From NCBI GenBank assembly GCA_964565685.1, contig CAZMFR010000003.1, forward strand, positions 20,709-84,708: a stretch of DNA of 64,000 nucleotides. Reading direction: 5' to 3'. This DNA is from an uncultured Candidatus Saccharibacteria bacterium (GTDB taxonomy: Bacteria > Patescibacteriota > Minisyncoccia > Phycocordibacterales > PALSA-1337). Below, piece after piece: positions 50,649 through 62,827 of this stretch (position 1 is its first letter; every line of letters begins with the position of its first letter). Position numbers and translations under genes: made by a program. The notes under the pieces were generated by a model, which did no database searches, was not told where the DNA came from, and saw nothing but the letters and a program-made list of their open reading frames with translations.

Positions 50649-51713
50649 CTACTTTATATATTTTGCATATCTTCCCTCTCTTTTGACGAAAGCATCCTTG
50701 GATTGCCATTTATATTCGTAATCATATAGCCGTGCGAGTTTTGAACCGTCGACAGCAATCGGATAAGAGTACGACTTCCATCCTCCTTTTGAAGTCGGCA
50801 CTTTCCCCAAGCTCAAGTTCCACATACAAAAGAAAACCATCCTTATTAGATATGGATGTATGGATATGGTGCGCTTGCCGACAGCTTCGGCCATATCCTT
50901 GCCTCTAACCACTTCACCGGTCGGACAGACATTGAATACATCGAATTGGCTCTTTAATTGATTAAAAGCCAAAAGCCCGACAATATCAGCGATATCATCC
51001 TCGTGTATGAATTGTCTGCACCATTTTGGCGTTATCGGGACAAACGAGACCATCGCCGAGACGAGCCGCTGAAAAAACGAATCTGATGCCTTTAGCTGGC
51101 CAGAGAGGGTCGCTTGGAGACCGAATCGTATGCGCATGTACCTTCCGCGCGGACCAGTGATGGCGGCAGGACGGATGACAGCGACTTGGACTTTTGATCC
51201 GTCTGCTCTGGCTTTTTCGTACTTTTCCTTTAGATGTTCCTCGCTTATCCTCTTTTCTTCTGCATAGAGATAATCCGTCTTGCGGAATGGCTCGTCTTCT
51301 TTAAAACGATGTTCGATGGTATTCGACGGATATGCTCCATAGGAAGCGACCGTAGAAAAATGGATGAGTTTTTTTACAGAGGGGCAAGAAAAAGCGAAAT
51401 CAAAGACTGCGTCAGAACCGATGATGTTCCATTTCCATTGCAACGGCTTCTTGCCATACATCTCCCTTATCTGCCAAGCAGTGTGGATGACAATATCCGG
51501 CCTTGCTTCGGAAACCTGCTTTTGCCATGTACCGTCTGAGGTATTAGCGACTATATAGATCAGCTTCGGCGCAAATTTTATAAAATCAGGCAAGGGCTCT
51601 TTATCTATGGCGATTATGCAGCCGACGTCTTCTCTGCTTGAAAATAGATCTATGAGCATGGCTCCGACATAGCCAGCGCCGCCTGTGATAAAGATCGTAT
51701 GTTTGTGGTTCAT
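50649..51713 (-). CDS. NAD-dependent epimerase/dehydratase (SDR family)
   Basis: IFITGGAGYVGAMLIDLF Rossmann motif. Confidence 0.75.
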   Translation of the reverse strand: MNHKHTIFITGGAGYVGAMLIDLFSSREDVGCIIAIDKEPLPDFIKFAPKLIYIVANTSDGTWQKQVSEARPDIVIHTAWQIREMYGKKPLQWKWNIIGSDAVFDFAFSCPSVKKLIHFSTVASYGAYPSNTIEHRFKEDEPFRKTDYLYAEEKRISEEHLKEKYEKARADGSKVQVAVIRPAAITGPRGRYMRIRFGLQATLSGQLKASDSFFQRLVSAMVSFVPITPKWCRQFIHEDDIADIVGLLAFNQLKSQFDVFNVCPTGEVVRGKDMAEAVGKRTISIHPYLIRMVFFCMWNLSLGKVPTSKGGWKSYSYPIAVDGSKLARLYDYEYKWQSKDAFVKREGRYAKYIK

Positions 51714-51761
51714 GGTAGTTGGTAGAAAATAAAATAAAAAATTGGTCCAAGTATATCACAC

Positions 51762-53102
51762 TCACATGCCTTTCCTTGAAAGGAGTATGGTGATGGTGCG
51801 AAGCGCTATGACGAGATCGAGCACCAACGAGCGGTTTTTTATATAATATAAATCATAAGACAGACGTAAACGCGTTTCTTCCAATGATTGCGGCGGCAGG
51901 TCCTGATTTATTTGTGCCCAACCTGAAAGACCGGGAGCGACTAGATGTCGCGTGCGGTAGAAAGGCAATTGATTTTCCAGTTCACGTCCGAGATCTTCGA
52001 TATCCGGCCGGGGACCTATGAGAGACAGGTCTCCTTTCAATACAGAAAAAACCTGCGGCAGTTCGTCTATTCTAGTCTTGCGAAGAAAACGGCCGACTTT
52101 CGTCACACGATCATCGTTCGCTTTGAGCCATTTCCCTCCATCAGAAGATTTCATGCTTCGAAATTTAGGCAAAAGCACCACCTTGCCCTCTTTGCCTATG
52201 CGGCGTTGGGTTATGAACACAGAGCCGCCGTCTTCTATTTTTATAGCCAAAGCCACGAGAGGAGATATGATCGCCGTCAGGATAGAGAGAATGAGAGCAA
52301 TGACGATTTCGATCATGCGCCGTACAATGCCGTAAATCTGCGAACGTGTGGCAGAAGCGTGCTCTAGGAACCATTCATAACGAACTAACGATAGCGGCAC
52401 GCGTTCGAATGCTTCTTCATAGAAAGATTGGACATCTATAAAGCGCTTTGAAGAAAAGATGAATTCATATAGGGTCGGAAGTATCTTTGCCGTACATGGA
52501 TGACCGTTATCGATCACGATGATCGAAGGATTGTCATGAGATATCATCTCCTTGACGCGCGCCTCTAGGGCAGGATCGGCCGGATCGATATGTTCGATGA
52601 ACTTCACGCCTATGGCATCGCCATGTGCAGATTTTAAAAACAACTCCTCTGCTTCTTTTCCGCTAGCCACGAGGATAGCTGGAATCAGCGCTGGACGCGG
52701 GAGCAATTTGGAATAGATAAATCTTATGATAAAAATGACGGCATAAGAAAACACGATATACAGAGTCAGAGTCGTTTTTGGAGTAATAGAAGGATTGTTA
52801 TACAAATAGAAAAAGACAACTGACCCCAGAACGACCGCAATTTCCGCATTGATGAGGCGAGCGGCGGCTTTCTTTAGATTATAGACGATGCCGCGCTCAT
52901 ATAGACCGGCGATGTAATATGTAAGCACAGAAAATAGCGAGATGACAGTAAAAGGAAATACGTGTAAAATGAAGATATTGGAAGCAAACGAGCCATCGTA
53001 ACGAATGATCAAGGCAAGGAATAAAGCCAGGTATAGAGCGACAAAATCGACAAAGACCAACATATATCTGTCCTTACGGACGATGAAAGATGAGGATGTC
53101 AT
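51762..53102 (-). CDS. Polyprenyl-phosphate sugar phosphotransferase (WbaP/ExoY 'bacterial sugar transferase' family)
   Basis: C-terminal KFRSM…GDLSLIGPRP motif, N-terminal TM helices. Confidence 0.8.
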   Translation of the reverse strand: MTSSSFIVRKDRYMLVFVDFVALYLALFLALIIRYDGSFASNIFILHVFPFTVISLFSVLTYYIAGLYERGIVYNLKKAAARLINAEIAVVLGSVVFFYLYNNPSITPKTTLTLYIVFSYAVIFIIRFIYSKLLPRPALIPAILVASGKEAEELFLKSAHGDAIGVKFIEHIDPADPALEARVKEMISHDNPSIIVIDNGHPCTAKILPTLYEFIFSSKRFIDVQSFYEEAFERVPLSLVRYEWFLEHASATRSQIYGIVRRMIEIVIALILSILTAIISPLVALAIKIEDGGSVFITQRRIGKEGKVVLLPKFRSMKSSDGGKWLKANDDRVTKVGRFLRKTRIDELPQVFSVLKGDLSLIGPRPDIEDLGRELENQLPFYRTRHLVAPGLSGWAQINQDLPPQSLEETRLRLSYDLYYIKNRSLVLDLVIALRTITILLSRKGM

Positions 53103-53123
53103 TGAGGATTCATTATAGCCATT

Positions 53124-54296
53124 ATGGACGAAAAATCAAATATAAAATCGAACAAAAAAACGCTCGTATTCATTATAACAAAGTCAAATTGGGGCGGAGC
53201 CCAGCGCTATGTTTTTGATCTCGCGAGCGCTATGCGAGAGAAATTCTCGGTCAAGGTGATCCTGGGAGGCGACGGGCCCTTAGCTGAGAGATTGAAGGAA
53301 ACTGGCATAGATGTCATCCCCCTCATTGGGTTGAAGAACGATGTCAGTTTTAAAAAAGATTTTGGGAATGGCATCCAGCTTTTCAAGCTCATTCGCAAGA
53401 TACGGCCAGACATAGTGCATGTTAACAGCACAAAGATTGGCGCGATGGGCTCGCTTGTGGCACGCATAGCGCTTGTGCCTCGTGTTATCTTCACTGCTCA
53501 CGGCTGGGCATGGAACGAGGACCGTTCTATGCTTCAAAAAAGCTTGATCCGCTCTGTAGCTTGGCTCACCCTCGTATGGTCGCACAAAACCATAGCTGTT
53601 TCGGAAGCCATCAAAAAACAAGTCCTGTATTTCCCTTTAATAAAAAACAAAATAGACGTGATCCCGCTCGGTGTGGCTCCAGTCGAATATTTTAGCAAGG
53701 AAGAAGCGCAACAGAAACTTTTTGGATCCATTCCAAGCAAAGACATTTGTGTCATCGGTTCGATCGGCGAGCTTCATCCGATAAAAGGCCATATTCATGC
53801 CATAGAAGCTATAGCGGATCTGATTTCAAAAGGCAAAAAGATAAAATATATAATCTGCGGCGAAGGCGCCTATCGTCCGGTTTTGGAAAAGAAGATCAAA
53901 AACCTACAAGAAGCGAATCCAAGATCGGATCTTGGACAAAACATAATCCTAGCAGGCAACATTCCCGAAGCGGCGCGATATCTGAAGGCATTAGACGTTT
54001 TTCTTTTCCCTTCTATCTCTGAAGCTATGGGTTATGCAGCTCTCGAAGCCGGCATGGCTGAGATCCCTGTCATCGCCTCGGCAGTCGGCGGTGTGCCGGA
54101 GATAATCGACGATATGATATCGGGCATATTGGTACAACCAAAAAAACCAGGGGAAATATCTTCTGCCATCGAGCTCCTCTTGGATAGGCCGGAATTACGC
54201 GCACAATATGCCGCTACCCTGCATGATAAAGTTTTAAAAGATTTTTCTATGAAAGAAATGATCTACGATACTGAAAAAATATATCTAGAAAAATAA
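53124..54296 (+). CDS. GT4-family glycosyltransferase
   Basis: The EAMGYAALEAGMAEIPVIASAVGG E-x7-E region. Confidence 0.8.
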   Translation: MDEKSNIKSNKKTLVFIITKSNWGGAQRYVFDLASAMREKFSVKVILGGDGPLAERLKETGIDVIPLIGLKNDVSFKKDFGNGIQLFKLIRKIRPDIVHVNSTKIGAMGSLVARIALVPRVIFTAHGWAWNEDRSMLQKSLIRSVAWLTLVWSHKTIAVSEAIKKQVLYFPLIKNKIDVIPLGVAPVEYFSKEEAQQKLFGSIPSKDICVIGSIGELHPIKGHIHAIEAIADLISKGKKIKYIICGEGAYRPVLEKKIKNLQEANPRSDLGQNIILAGNIPEAARYLKALDVFLFPSISEAMGYAALEAGMAEIPVIASAVGGVPEIIDDMISGILVQPKKPGEISSAIELLLDRPELRAQYAATLHDKVLKDFSMKEMIYDTEKIYLEK

Positions 54297-54397
54297 AAAG
54301 CGGCAGATCCCATGGGAATGGTAATCTGCCGCCGATGGAACCAGCGATACATGTTATCTACCTACCTGAAGATAGCATTTGTTGTCGTAAATGTCAA

Positions 54398-55567
54398 TCA
54401 CCTTGGCCCCATGATCTCTTTTTCTGTCGCTTCCTTGTGCGCGGCGCGATTGTAGCGACGCATGCCCATTAGAATGCCGAGAGCGACGAATTCAGTGAAG
54501 ATGTGCGAGCCGCCGTAACTGACAAATGGCAACGGAGTACCGGTTACCGGCAAAAGGCGCATATTCATGGCTATATTGATGGACAAGTGAACGATAAAAT
54601 ATATGGCGACTCCCGCCCCGTAGAGTATCTCAAAATTGGTAGCTCCAGCCATGGCTGACTTTATGATGCGCCAAATGATCACACCAAAGAAGAATAATAG
54701 GAATAGAACGCCGACAAAGCCCCATTCTTCGGCAAAAGCGGCAAAAACAAAGTCCGTCTGATACTCCGGCAGAAATTTCAGTCTTGATTGGGTACCATAG
54801 CCGACCCCCTTGCCCACAAGTTGACCAGAACCCACAGCGATAGTCGATTCATAAGCGTTATAACCGGCTCCTTGGACATCAGCCAATGGATGTATGAAGT
54901 TTTCTATACGCGCCTTTTGATAATCATGGAGGCCAAAATGCCACAATCCAGCGGCGATAGCCAAGCCGGCTAAACCCATTATAAAAAGATGTTTTTTCGA
55001 CACGCCAGAGACCATTATCATGCCGAGCCATATCAGGAACACGATCAGAGCGGATCCAAGATCCGGCTGGACTAGTATAAGTATAAAAATGACAAAAGCA
55101 TAAAAACCAGAGACTATTATATGGCGTACATTCCTGATTTCGATGTGACGACGGGAAAAATATTTCGCCAGGAGAATGATAAGGACGAGCTTTGCCGGAT
55201 CGGCAGGTTCAAGGGAAAAAGCTCCGAAAGAAAACCAACTGCCGGCGCCATGGGATACTTTGCCTATTATGAAAAGCCCCATCAAAGCAAGACAAGAAAA
55301 AGAAAACAGGGCCACAGACACCCACGTCGACCGCAAAAATCTGAAGTCTAATTCGGAGAGGACGAAAAATGCCAAGAACGAGACCAGGATCCAGATGACC
55401 TGATGGACGAAAAACTGGTTATTGCCAGTGAAGGCATACATAGTGACAAGCCCCGCACCGAGAAGGGGTATGATCGAAACGAACATGATCCAATCGACGC
55501 CGCTGGCTCTGTCGTGGCGGATGAAATAGCTATTGAATTTATTGAGAAAAGCAGGCATGGAAATCAA
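54398..55567 (-). CDS. FtsW/RodA/SpoVE (SEDS)-family peptidoglycan polymerase
   Basis: About 10 TM helices and a conserved SEDS pattern. Confidence 0.8.
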   Translation of the reverse strand: MISMPAFLNKFNSYFIRHDRASGVDWIMFVSIIPLLGAGLVTMYAFTGNNQFFVHQVIWILVSFLAFFVLSELDFRFLRSTWVSVALFSFSCLALMGLFIIGKVSHGAGSWFSFGAFSLEPADPAKLVLIILLAKYFSRRHIEIRNVRHIIVSGFYAFVIFILILVQPDLGSALIVFLIWLGMIMVSGVSKKHLFIMGLAGLAIAAGLWHFGLHDYQKARIENFIHPLADVQGAGYNAYESTIAVGSGQLVGKGVGYGTQSRLKFLPEYQTDFVFAAFAEEWGFVGVLFLLFFFGVIIWRIIKSAMAGATNFEILYGAGVAIYFIVHLSINIAMNMRLLPVTGTPLPFVSYGGSHIFTEFVALGILMGMRRYNRAAHKEATEKEIMGPR

Positions 55568-55645
55568 TTAAAAATTGAAGATTGTTTGAACATACGATTT
55601 TCAATTTCAATCCACAATTTTTAATTTAGTTTATCTTAGTACTTA

Positions 55646-56416
55646 TTATTGGGCTGTCTGTGACTCCAATACTGGAAGAACTTCTATCGACACTACTTGG
55701 CCATTATGAGAGACAGGCCAAGTGAACGGTGCAATAACCGTACCGCCGTTTGCCGGCACAGAATTTACAACCGTCTTTGAAAAATCTACAGCGTTGCCGT
55801 TTACATCATATAACACGACATATATAGACAAATCATTGTATGGCGTGACGGCAGTATTCTGCAAAGTCACTTGCAGCGATGAGGAGTCCTTGTCCTCTGA
55901 GTATTTCTTGTCTACTATGACGAGGTTGCCCAATTCATCGTTCTCCTTTATCCATTGCGGAGGATCGATTGTGATAATGGCCTTTGCTGGGATGCGTTTT
56001 TCGGTCGAAACAGATCCTTGAAAAGCCAAGGTATTTCTATGAGGAGGAATCGTCATTGTGGAGTCTTTGTAAGTTATGAGCACGCCTTGATCGTCAAATA
56101 GTTGCATATTATAAGCGACATTGTACGCCGCACCGCTGAGATTATTATTGACGACATACGCGGCAACATTGTATAGACCAGGGGCAACCGGCTCGGCTTT
56201 CGTCCAAATAACCTCTGGCGGGAAAAAAGCGCTCGGACACAGTTTGACGCACGGTCCGCCGCAGTCGATGCCCTGCTCGCCTTGATTCTGTTTTCCGTCA
56301 AAACATGTAGGCGCTTTATATAAAAGCAAGAACGCCGGTAAACCGATGATCAGTATGATAGCAAAAACGACAAGAGATGCGTATGAAAATTTTCTACGTG
56401 AAGACCAGGAAGCCAT
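55646..56416 (-). CDS. Hypothetical membrane-anchored extracytoplasmic protein
   Basis: N-terminal TM helix and a Cys-rich segment. No recognised domain. Confidence 0.4.
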   Translation of the reverse strand: MASWSSRRKFSYASLVVFAIILIIGLPAFLLLYKAPTCFDGKQNQGEQGIDCGGPCVKLCPSAFFPPEVIWTKAEPVAPGLYNVAAYVVNNNLSGAAYNVAYNMQLFDDQGVLITYKDSTMTIPPHRNTLAFQGSVSTEKRIPAKAIITIDPPQWIKENDELGNLVIVDKKYSEDKDSSSLQVTLQNTAVTPYNDLSIYVVLYDVNGNAVDFSKTVVNSVPANGGTVIAPFTWPVSHNGQVVSIEVLPVLESQTAQ

Positions 56417-56483
56417 GATGGAGACATTATAGCATATATCACAAACACACTATCTTTTTCGACTTTCTATTTCTTTAGACACT

Positions 56484-56597
56484 CTGTCCTGGCGGCTAGC
56501 TACTTTCGCCTGTAAGACTATCATCGCCGCAACTGCGTTTCACTTCCGTGTTCGGAATGGGAACGGGTGTTGCCACAGCGCCGAACCACCAAGACAC
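56484..56597 (-). rRNA. rrf: 5S rRNA
   Basis: The reverse complement contains CCCATTCCGAACACGGAAGTGAAAC and terminal pairing GTCTTGGTGG/CCGCCAGGAC. Confidence 0.85.
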
Positions 56598-56610
56598 AAT
56601 GTCCGTAAGG

Positions 56611-56690
56611 AAAAGTCGAAGGTAACCGAGTCCCGAGTCGAAAGCCATCAAAAAAGACAAACTCGTAGAGTTTCTACTTTCCCTTGAAAC
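56611..56690 (+). repeat. Dispersed repeat copy E in the 5S–23S spacer (GGAAAAGTCGAAGGTAACCGAGTCCCGAGTCGAAAGCC…GTTTCTACTTT)
   Basis: Shares a 14-mer with the recG insert and has the family words. Confidence 0.65.
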
Positions 56691-57166
56691 ATCTTGAAAA
56701 CTGAAATGTGGAGCCGATTTTGAAACAGCTCCCGAGATTGGGATTTAACCAACATTATCCAGGGACACGTCCTGGGACTCTAGCAAACCAAACGCACCAA
56801 ATTTTCTATCGTCAGAGGTGCGACATTGCTCGTTGAGCTACTCGGGAATACGTTCGCAAGATCGGCTTGTGAAAAAGGAAAGACGCCGTACAGTGATAAT
56901 CGTGCGCACAGCGTTGTCGCATCCAATCAATCATTGGTTAAGCGGACGACGCCTTTCCAAAATTCCACATTTCAGTTTTCAAGATTCTGTAAAGTATAAA
57001 AGATTAAGGTGCGTAAATGTCGCAAACATATATTGTGACGTTTGGGTTTCCGGACGGGATGGACGGATTAGTACTTCATGGCTCAACACATTGCTGTGCG
57101 TACACCTAAAGCCTATCAACGTGATCATCTCTCACGGGTCTCATAATGATTATTAATCTTGGGGTT

Positions 57167-57199
<33 letters not shown>

Positions 57200-57341
57200 A
57201 GTCCCGACATAGCTGCCCTGCGGTGCCGTTGGCACGACAGCAGGCAGACCAGAGGTCAGTTCAACTCGGTCCTCTCGTACTAGAGTCAAAGCCCCTCAAT
57301 AATCGACGCCTACAGTAGATAGGAGACCAACCTGTCTCACG

Positions 57342-57972
57342 CTTGAATTTCCCCGTATCGCTACGGGCAATGGACTATATTATTACCTTTTCTTTTTAAG
57401 GATGAAGGTAGCTGACGTGTAGTCTCTACGGGCAGTTATGGGTTTTACAGAGCAGGCAATCAAAAAGATTGCCTGATAAATCTTCCTTGAGATGGGAGGG
57501 GACCGCTTTCCGTTCGATCAAAGTCAGAACTGCTTTGGAGGCAGTCATAAACAAAGATCGATCGGCTTAGATTTAAGGTCACGCCTACACCGGACCACAT
57601 AACCTGCGACTGAATTCCTGGTCGCAAATCCATCTGGCTCTGGACTATCCCATCTCAAGAAATCACAAAGAACTATTTTGCTCTGTAAAACCCATAATTT
57701 TCCCTAGGTGTTACCGCTGTTGCGTTCCCGCAATCAGGGCTTCACCGATATAAGTCAACTGTGTACAAAGGGATTTCTCCCAATGACCGCCGTGAACAAG
57801 TCACATTCAGTGGTGGTTTGTAATCACTGATCCTCGGGATTCAGACTGTGAAAAAGCCAAATCAAAACTCAAAAGGCAAAACTCAAAATTTTAAAGCCAA
57901 AAGCTTACTTATAAATTCAATTCATGAATTCTACTTTTGCACTTTGCATTTTGCCTTTCAACTTTGCTCCTT
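57342..57972 (-). other. Insertion 1 in 23S domain VI (~630 nt, no ORF), a putative self-splicing intron
   Basis: It interrupts the conserved …CTGTCTCACG | ACGGTCTGAACCCAGCTC junction, which is contiguous in E. coli. It contains 12–15-bp long-range complementary pairs (57440-57454 with 57679-57693, and 57485-57497 with 57646-57659). Confidence 0.6.
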
Positions 57973-58305
57973 CACGGTCTGAACCCAGCTCGCGTATCTT
58001 TTTAATTGGCGAACAGCCAAACCCTTGGGACCTTCTCCAGCCCCAGGATAAGATGAGCCGACATCGAGGTGCCGAACTCCGCCGTCGATATGAACTCTTA
58101 GGCGGAACTAGCCTGTTATCCCTAGAGTAGCTTTTGTCCGATAATCTTCCCCTGCATCTAATGCAAAAGGTCGGTTCACTTGGCTCCGCTTTCGCGTCTG
58201 CTCGACAAGTACGTCTCGCAGTCAGGCCAGCTTGTGCCCATACACTATCGCCACGGTTTCCATTCGCGGCTAGCTGACCATTAGGCTCCTCCGTTACTTT
58301 TTAGG

Positions 58306-59092
58306 CATGTTGTTACATGTTCAGGATCTTGTTTTCCTTTAAATGAATGACCCCGCCGCAAACGGTGAGGAATTCTATTGACTAGATTATTGGATTAAAA
58401 TTTAATCCAATAATTTAATTCATTTTAAAGGAAAACGGGGACGCTTGAACACGATGCGAACATTTCTGTCGCATTCTTGCGGTCGCCCGCAAGTTCGGAC
58501 TATATCATCATCCTTCGCCACAAAACGGCTCAGGATGGCTAGCGTGTAGTCTCTGGGGAAGCAAACTTATACATTGGATAATGGAAGTGACACGGAACCA
58601 TTCACATTCATCCCGTGTCACTAATGGTGTTAACTGATAATTTAGAAAACGGAGGTTTCGTTTACTCGATAAAGAGCACGATTAAGTGAAACCATTCTCG
58701 GATTTCCCTGAACAGACTCGTCGCCTGACCAGCATGTGACATCTGTGGGAAACAACCCATTTCTACCTAGTCTTCGTAGATCAATTACTTTCCATTATTC
58801 AATGTACAAGCAAGCCTTTCCTGCTGATCGTCTGCATGTAAATATTTTCACTCTTGCGAGTAACTTGCATTCTAAGCCATCAAAGGCACAGAGTTTCCAG
58901 CATATAGCTAACTTTTCGATGCATATTGCTATGCAAAGTCCTCCTTTTTTATAATTGGCAGCGAGGAGCGAAATGAAAATAAATTTTCTTTTCGTCCGAG
59001 CGAACCAATTATATCGATTTTAATCGATATTTTTTTGAGGTGAACACCTCGTGCGGCGCCACGGATCGAGGATTCAAACAAAAGTTTAAATC
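58306..59092 (-). other. Insertion 2 in 23S domain V (~790 nt, no ORF), a putative intron
   Basis: It interrupts …CTCCTCCGTTACTTTTTAGG | AGGATAGCGCCCCACTAAAACTGCC, which is contiguous in E. coli. Confidence 0.55.
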
Positions 59093-59599
59093 CTCGAGGA
59101 TAGCGCCCCACTAAAACTGCCCGCCAGATTCTGTCTCTGGCCGTTTTTGCCGGCCGGGTTAGAATATACATTCTTAAAGATTGGTGTTTCATCGTCGGAT
59201 CCACCTACCCCGAAAGGTAGACTTCAAATCCTCCCAACTACGCTACGCATCAAGAACGTATAGTCAAAATCAAGTTGCAGTAAAGCTTCTAGGGTCTTTT
59301 CGTCTAACTGTAGGTAATCGGCATCTTCACCGATACTGTATTTTCACCGAGCGAGTCTTCGAGACAGTTCTCCAGACGTTACACTTTTCAACGCGTCAGA
59401 ACTTACCTGACAAGGAATTGCGCTACCTTAGGACGATTATAGTTATCGCCGACATTCACCAGGGCTTATAGCACTCACCATCCTTCGCCTTGCGGCTCAG
59501 GACAACGGCGCTATTTGACCTTCTGGCATTGGTCAAGTGTCACCCCCTATACATCCTCTTTCGAGTTCGCAGGGAGCTGTGTTTTTGATAAACAGTCGC

Positions 59600-60025
59600 C
59601 AGAGAAACTTTAGCTGCGGCCCGCACCATAAAACTCTCTTTAACCTGTCCAATTAAGAACAGAAAAAGAGAAAGGGTGGGCTGACTTCAGGAACATGAAG
59701 GGAGTGGCTTGTACGGGCATGATTAGCCACCACTCTAGGATATATTTAACCCACGCTCGTCAAAGCGAGGCGCTAGCCACTGGTCAATGATCTTGCGACC
59801 AAATCCAGCAACTTGAGATGTGCCAAACATCAATTTAGTCGCGAAATCGCGATCAATTATGTTTCCGCTTGTCCTAATGCACACCTCGAACCGTTTACAT
59901 CGTTACATCACTCCCTAGGAAGTGACCGATGCCGTCCTTATTTCAGAGGACGTGAATCTCATCATGTGTGGATTTTATCCACTGTTTCCTGTTGTCAGCC
60001 CATACACTTTTAGCTCTCAAAAGAG
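59600..60025 (-). other. Insertion 3 (~420 nt) closed by a 13-bp helix CCCGCACCATAAA/TTTATGGTGCGGG, either an intron or an expansion segment
   Basis: Extra sequence between the conserved GTGTTTTTGATAAACAG and GCCGAAGTTACGGC blocks. Terminal complementary arms. Confidence 0.45.
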
Positions 60026-60600
60026 CTTTATGGTGCGGGCAGGCCTTATACCGAAGGTACGGCCGCTTTTTTGCCGAGTTCCTTGAAGACCTCTCACTCG
60101 TTCGCCTTGGGCTACTCGCCCTGACCACCTGTGTCGGTTTGCGGTACGATTTGTATGAAAATATACTTAGAAGATTTTCTCGGAAGCATGCTTGGCATGA
60201 TCAGTCCCGGCGAACCGAAACCTACCCACGAAGCTGTGAAGTGCCATCAAAGGCAGGAAGCGGATTTTCCTACTTCCCTCCATCGCTTTATGAACTCAAA
60301 TCCAATAACGAGCCATGCGTACTATGCTCCGTCCCTTCATCGTTTAACATACAAGTCACGGAATATTAACCGTGCTTCCATCGGGTGCGACATTTGTCAT
60401 CCCCTTAGGATCGACTAACCCTTCGCTGATATACATTGCGAAGGAAACCTTGGTCTTTCGGCGTGCGGGATTCCCACCCGCATTGTGGTTACTCGTGCCA
60501 ACATTCTTACTTCTACACGCTCCAGCATGGCTCACGCCTTTGCCTTCAACGCAGAGTAGAAAACTCTCCTACCGCTTGCGAACTTCATAGAGGAGGCAAG

Positions 60601-60825
60601 AAATAAATCTTGCCACAGACACTTTTACAAGAAAAATGTCAAGAAAAAGGAACTGGCGTCTGTGCACACAGGAATTGAACCTGCACCTCTCACTCTCAAA
60701 ACACGGAGTACCTTTGTTGTAGCCAAGCCACCCTGTTCTGACAGAGATCGTTGGCATCGCCGGCCTGTTGATGTTCCAAGAAACGACAGAGTATGCCCAA
60801 TACACCACTACACAGACGTAAATTT
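60601..60825 (-). other. Insertion 4 (~225 nt) in a hairpin loop, closed by an extended stem CTTGCGAACTTCATAGAGGAGG / CCTCTATGAAGCTCGCAAG
   Basis: E. coli has only a small loop here (from memory). Confidence 0.45.
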
Positions 60826-61711
60826 TCCTCTATGAAGCTCGCAAGCCCTCAGTTTCGGTACCATGTTTAAACCCCGATTATCTGCGGCGCGGAATCTCTC
60901 GATGAGTGAGCTGTTACGCTATCTTTCAATGATGGCTGCTTCTAAGCCTACATCCTCATTGTCGGAGAAATTCCACCACCTTAAGCGTACTTAACATGGA
61001 TTTAGGGACCTTAAATGGAGATCAAGGGCTGTTTCCCTTTTGTCCGGTGGAGCTTAGCCCCCACGGACTTACTGCCGCGCTATGATCCAGAGTATTCGGA
61101 GTTTGATAGGTCTCGTGACCTTTCGGCCTGTCGAGATCTTCCAGTGCTCTACCCCTCTGGGGAACGCGCGACGCTATGCCTAAACATATTTCGGAGAGAA
61201 CCAGCTATTACCAGGTTCGATTAGCTTTTCACTCCTTACCACAAGTCATCGCAGAGAATTGCACAACTCTAGCGTTCGGACCTTCCTCCCGGTTTCCCGG
61301 AAGTTCATCCTGCTCATGGCAAGCTCACCTGGCTTCGGGTCTTTAGCAACCTACTAACGCGCTATTCACACTCGGTTTCCCTGTGGCTCCGGTCTCTCGA
61401 CCTTAGCCTGCAGGTTGCTAAAACTCGTTGGCTCATTCTTCAATAGGCACGCCACAACGGACCGCACACTATGTACTAAAATTTTTATACTGGACATTAG
61501 GGCCGACTTAAAGGAGTCGGCTGTGGAACAACAGTCATTTGGATAGTTTTCGCTTGCGCGACGATATTTTTGACAAAATTTCTCGTGTCAAAATGAGTCC
61601 AAATAACTGTTGCCCACTGCTCAATACAAAAATCACTGTGCACACTGTGCGACCCGCCGTGACTCTTTGTAAGCATATGGTTTCAGGTTTATTTCAACGC
61701 CCTTACCGGGC

Positions 61712-61753
<42 letters not shown>

Positions 61754-62827
61754 TAGAAGAGTATTTTGCCTTGCCGGTTAGTTCCGGCGGATTCCCCCGA
61801 GCCATTCGTGTCTCGAGGTACTCAAGAACAGAAACAAAGAAGATTTTTTATTTTCGAGTACGGGGCTATCACCCTCTGGGGCTGTGCTTTCCAGCACATT
61901 CTCCTAACAAAAAATTTTGTAACTCCTCTGCCAATAAATTGGCACGTCTCTGCCTTACTACCCCCAATCTAAATCGAATCGCACGACATGTCGCACGATA
62001 CGATTTAGATTGAGTTTGGGCTGTTTCGTTTTCGCTCGCCGCTACTTGCGAAATATCTATTGATCTCTTTTCCTCCTGGTACTGAAATGTTTTACTTCCC
62101 AGGGTGCGCTCGTATGCTAATAGTGCATACGTCATAGAGGTTCACTCTATGGGGTTTCCCCATTCGGACATCTCCGGATCAAAGGTTGCTCGGCACCTCC
62201 CCGAAGCGTATCGCCGCCACGCTGCGTCCTTCATCGCCTCTTCTAGCCAAGGCATCCACCATACGCTCTTGGATTCCCGTCAGGAAATCCAAAAACCACA
62301 ATATATGCTTGCTTGACTCGGAGGCCGCTTACAACGGACCTCGAGTCATTTTTCTCGAATCACGGACAGTCTTCAACATATCCGTGATTCGTTATTTACA
62401 ATGCATCCTTATCCTCATGCGAGGACTGCTCCCTGATGTTTACATCAAGGGTTGTCCACAACTTATGAACAGACCTTGCTCACAAGCGGATCTCGGATGC
62501 TACCTTAATTTTCTTTTACTTTACCCTCCGACAGACGGCTAGTTCGCTGTCCATCGGAGTATTCTGTTGTCAAAGTTACAGTCTTTCCGCCATTTTTTGA
62601 ACAAAAAACCGCTTAACGAAGCGGCTACAGCACGCTCAGTGAAGAGTGCACTATGGCCGTGTTAGGTTGAGGTTTTTTAACATATCTTTCTGAATAGGGT
62701 AAGTATATACGAAGCCAAAATAAAGTCAAGGAAAATATGGGTTATTTCGCATAAGTTAATACTGCAAGACAAAGCTAGAATTTATTTAGACAATTTTGAG
62801 TGTGAAAAAATAGAATCGATAAATGAT

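Noticed and set aside
60660-60740. tRNA-like T-arm (GCAGGTTCAATTCCTGT on the minus strand) inside 23S insertion 4
   Set aside because: No acceptor stem, D-arm or anticodon arm can be paired around it, so it is probably fortuitous or a remnant.
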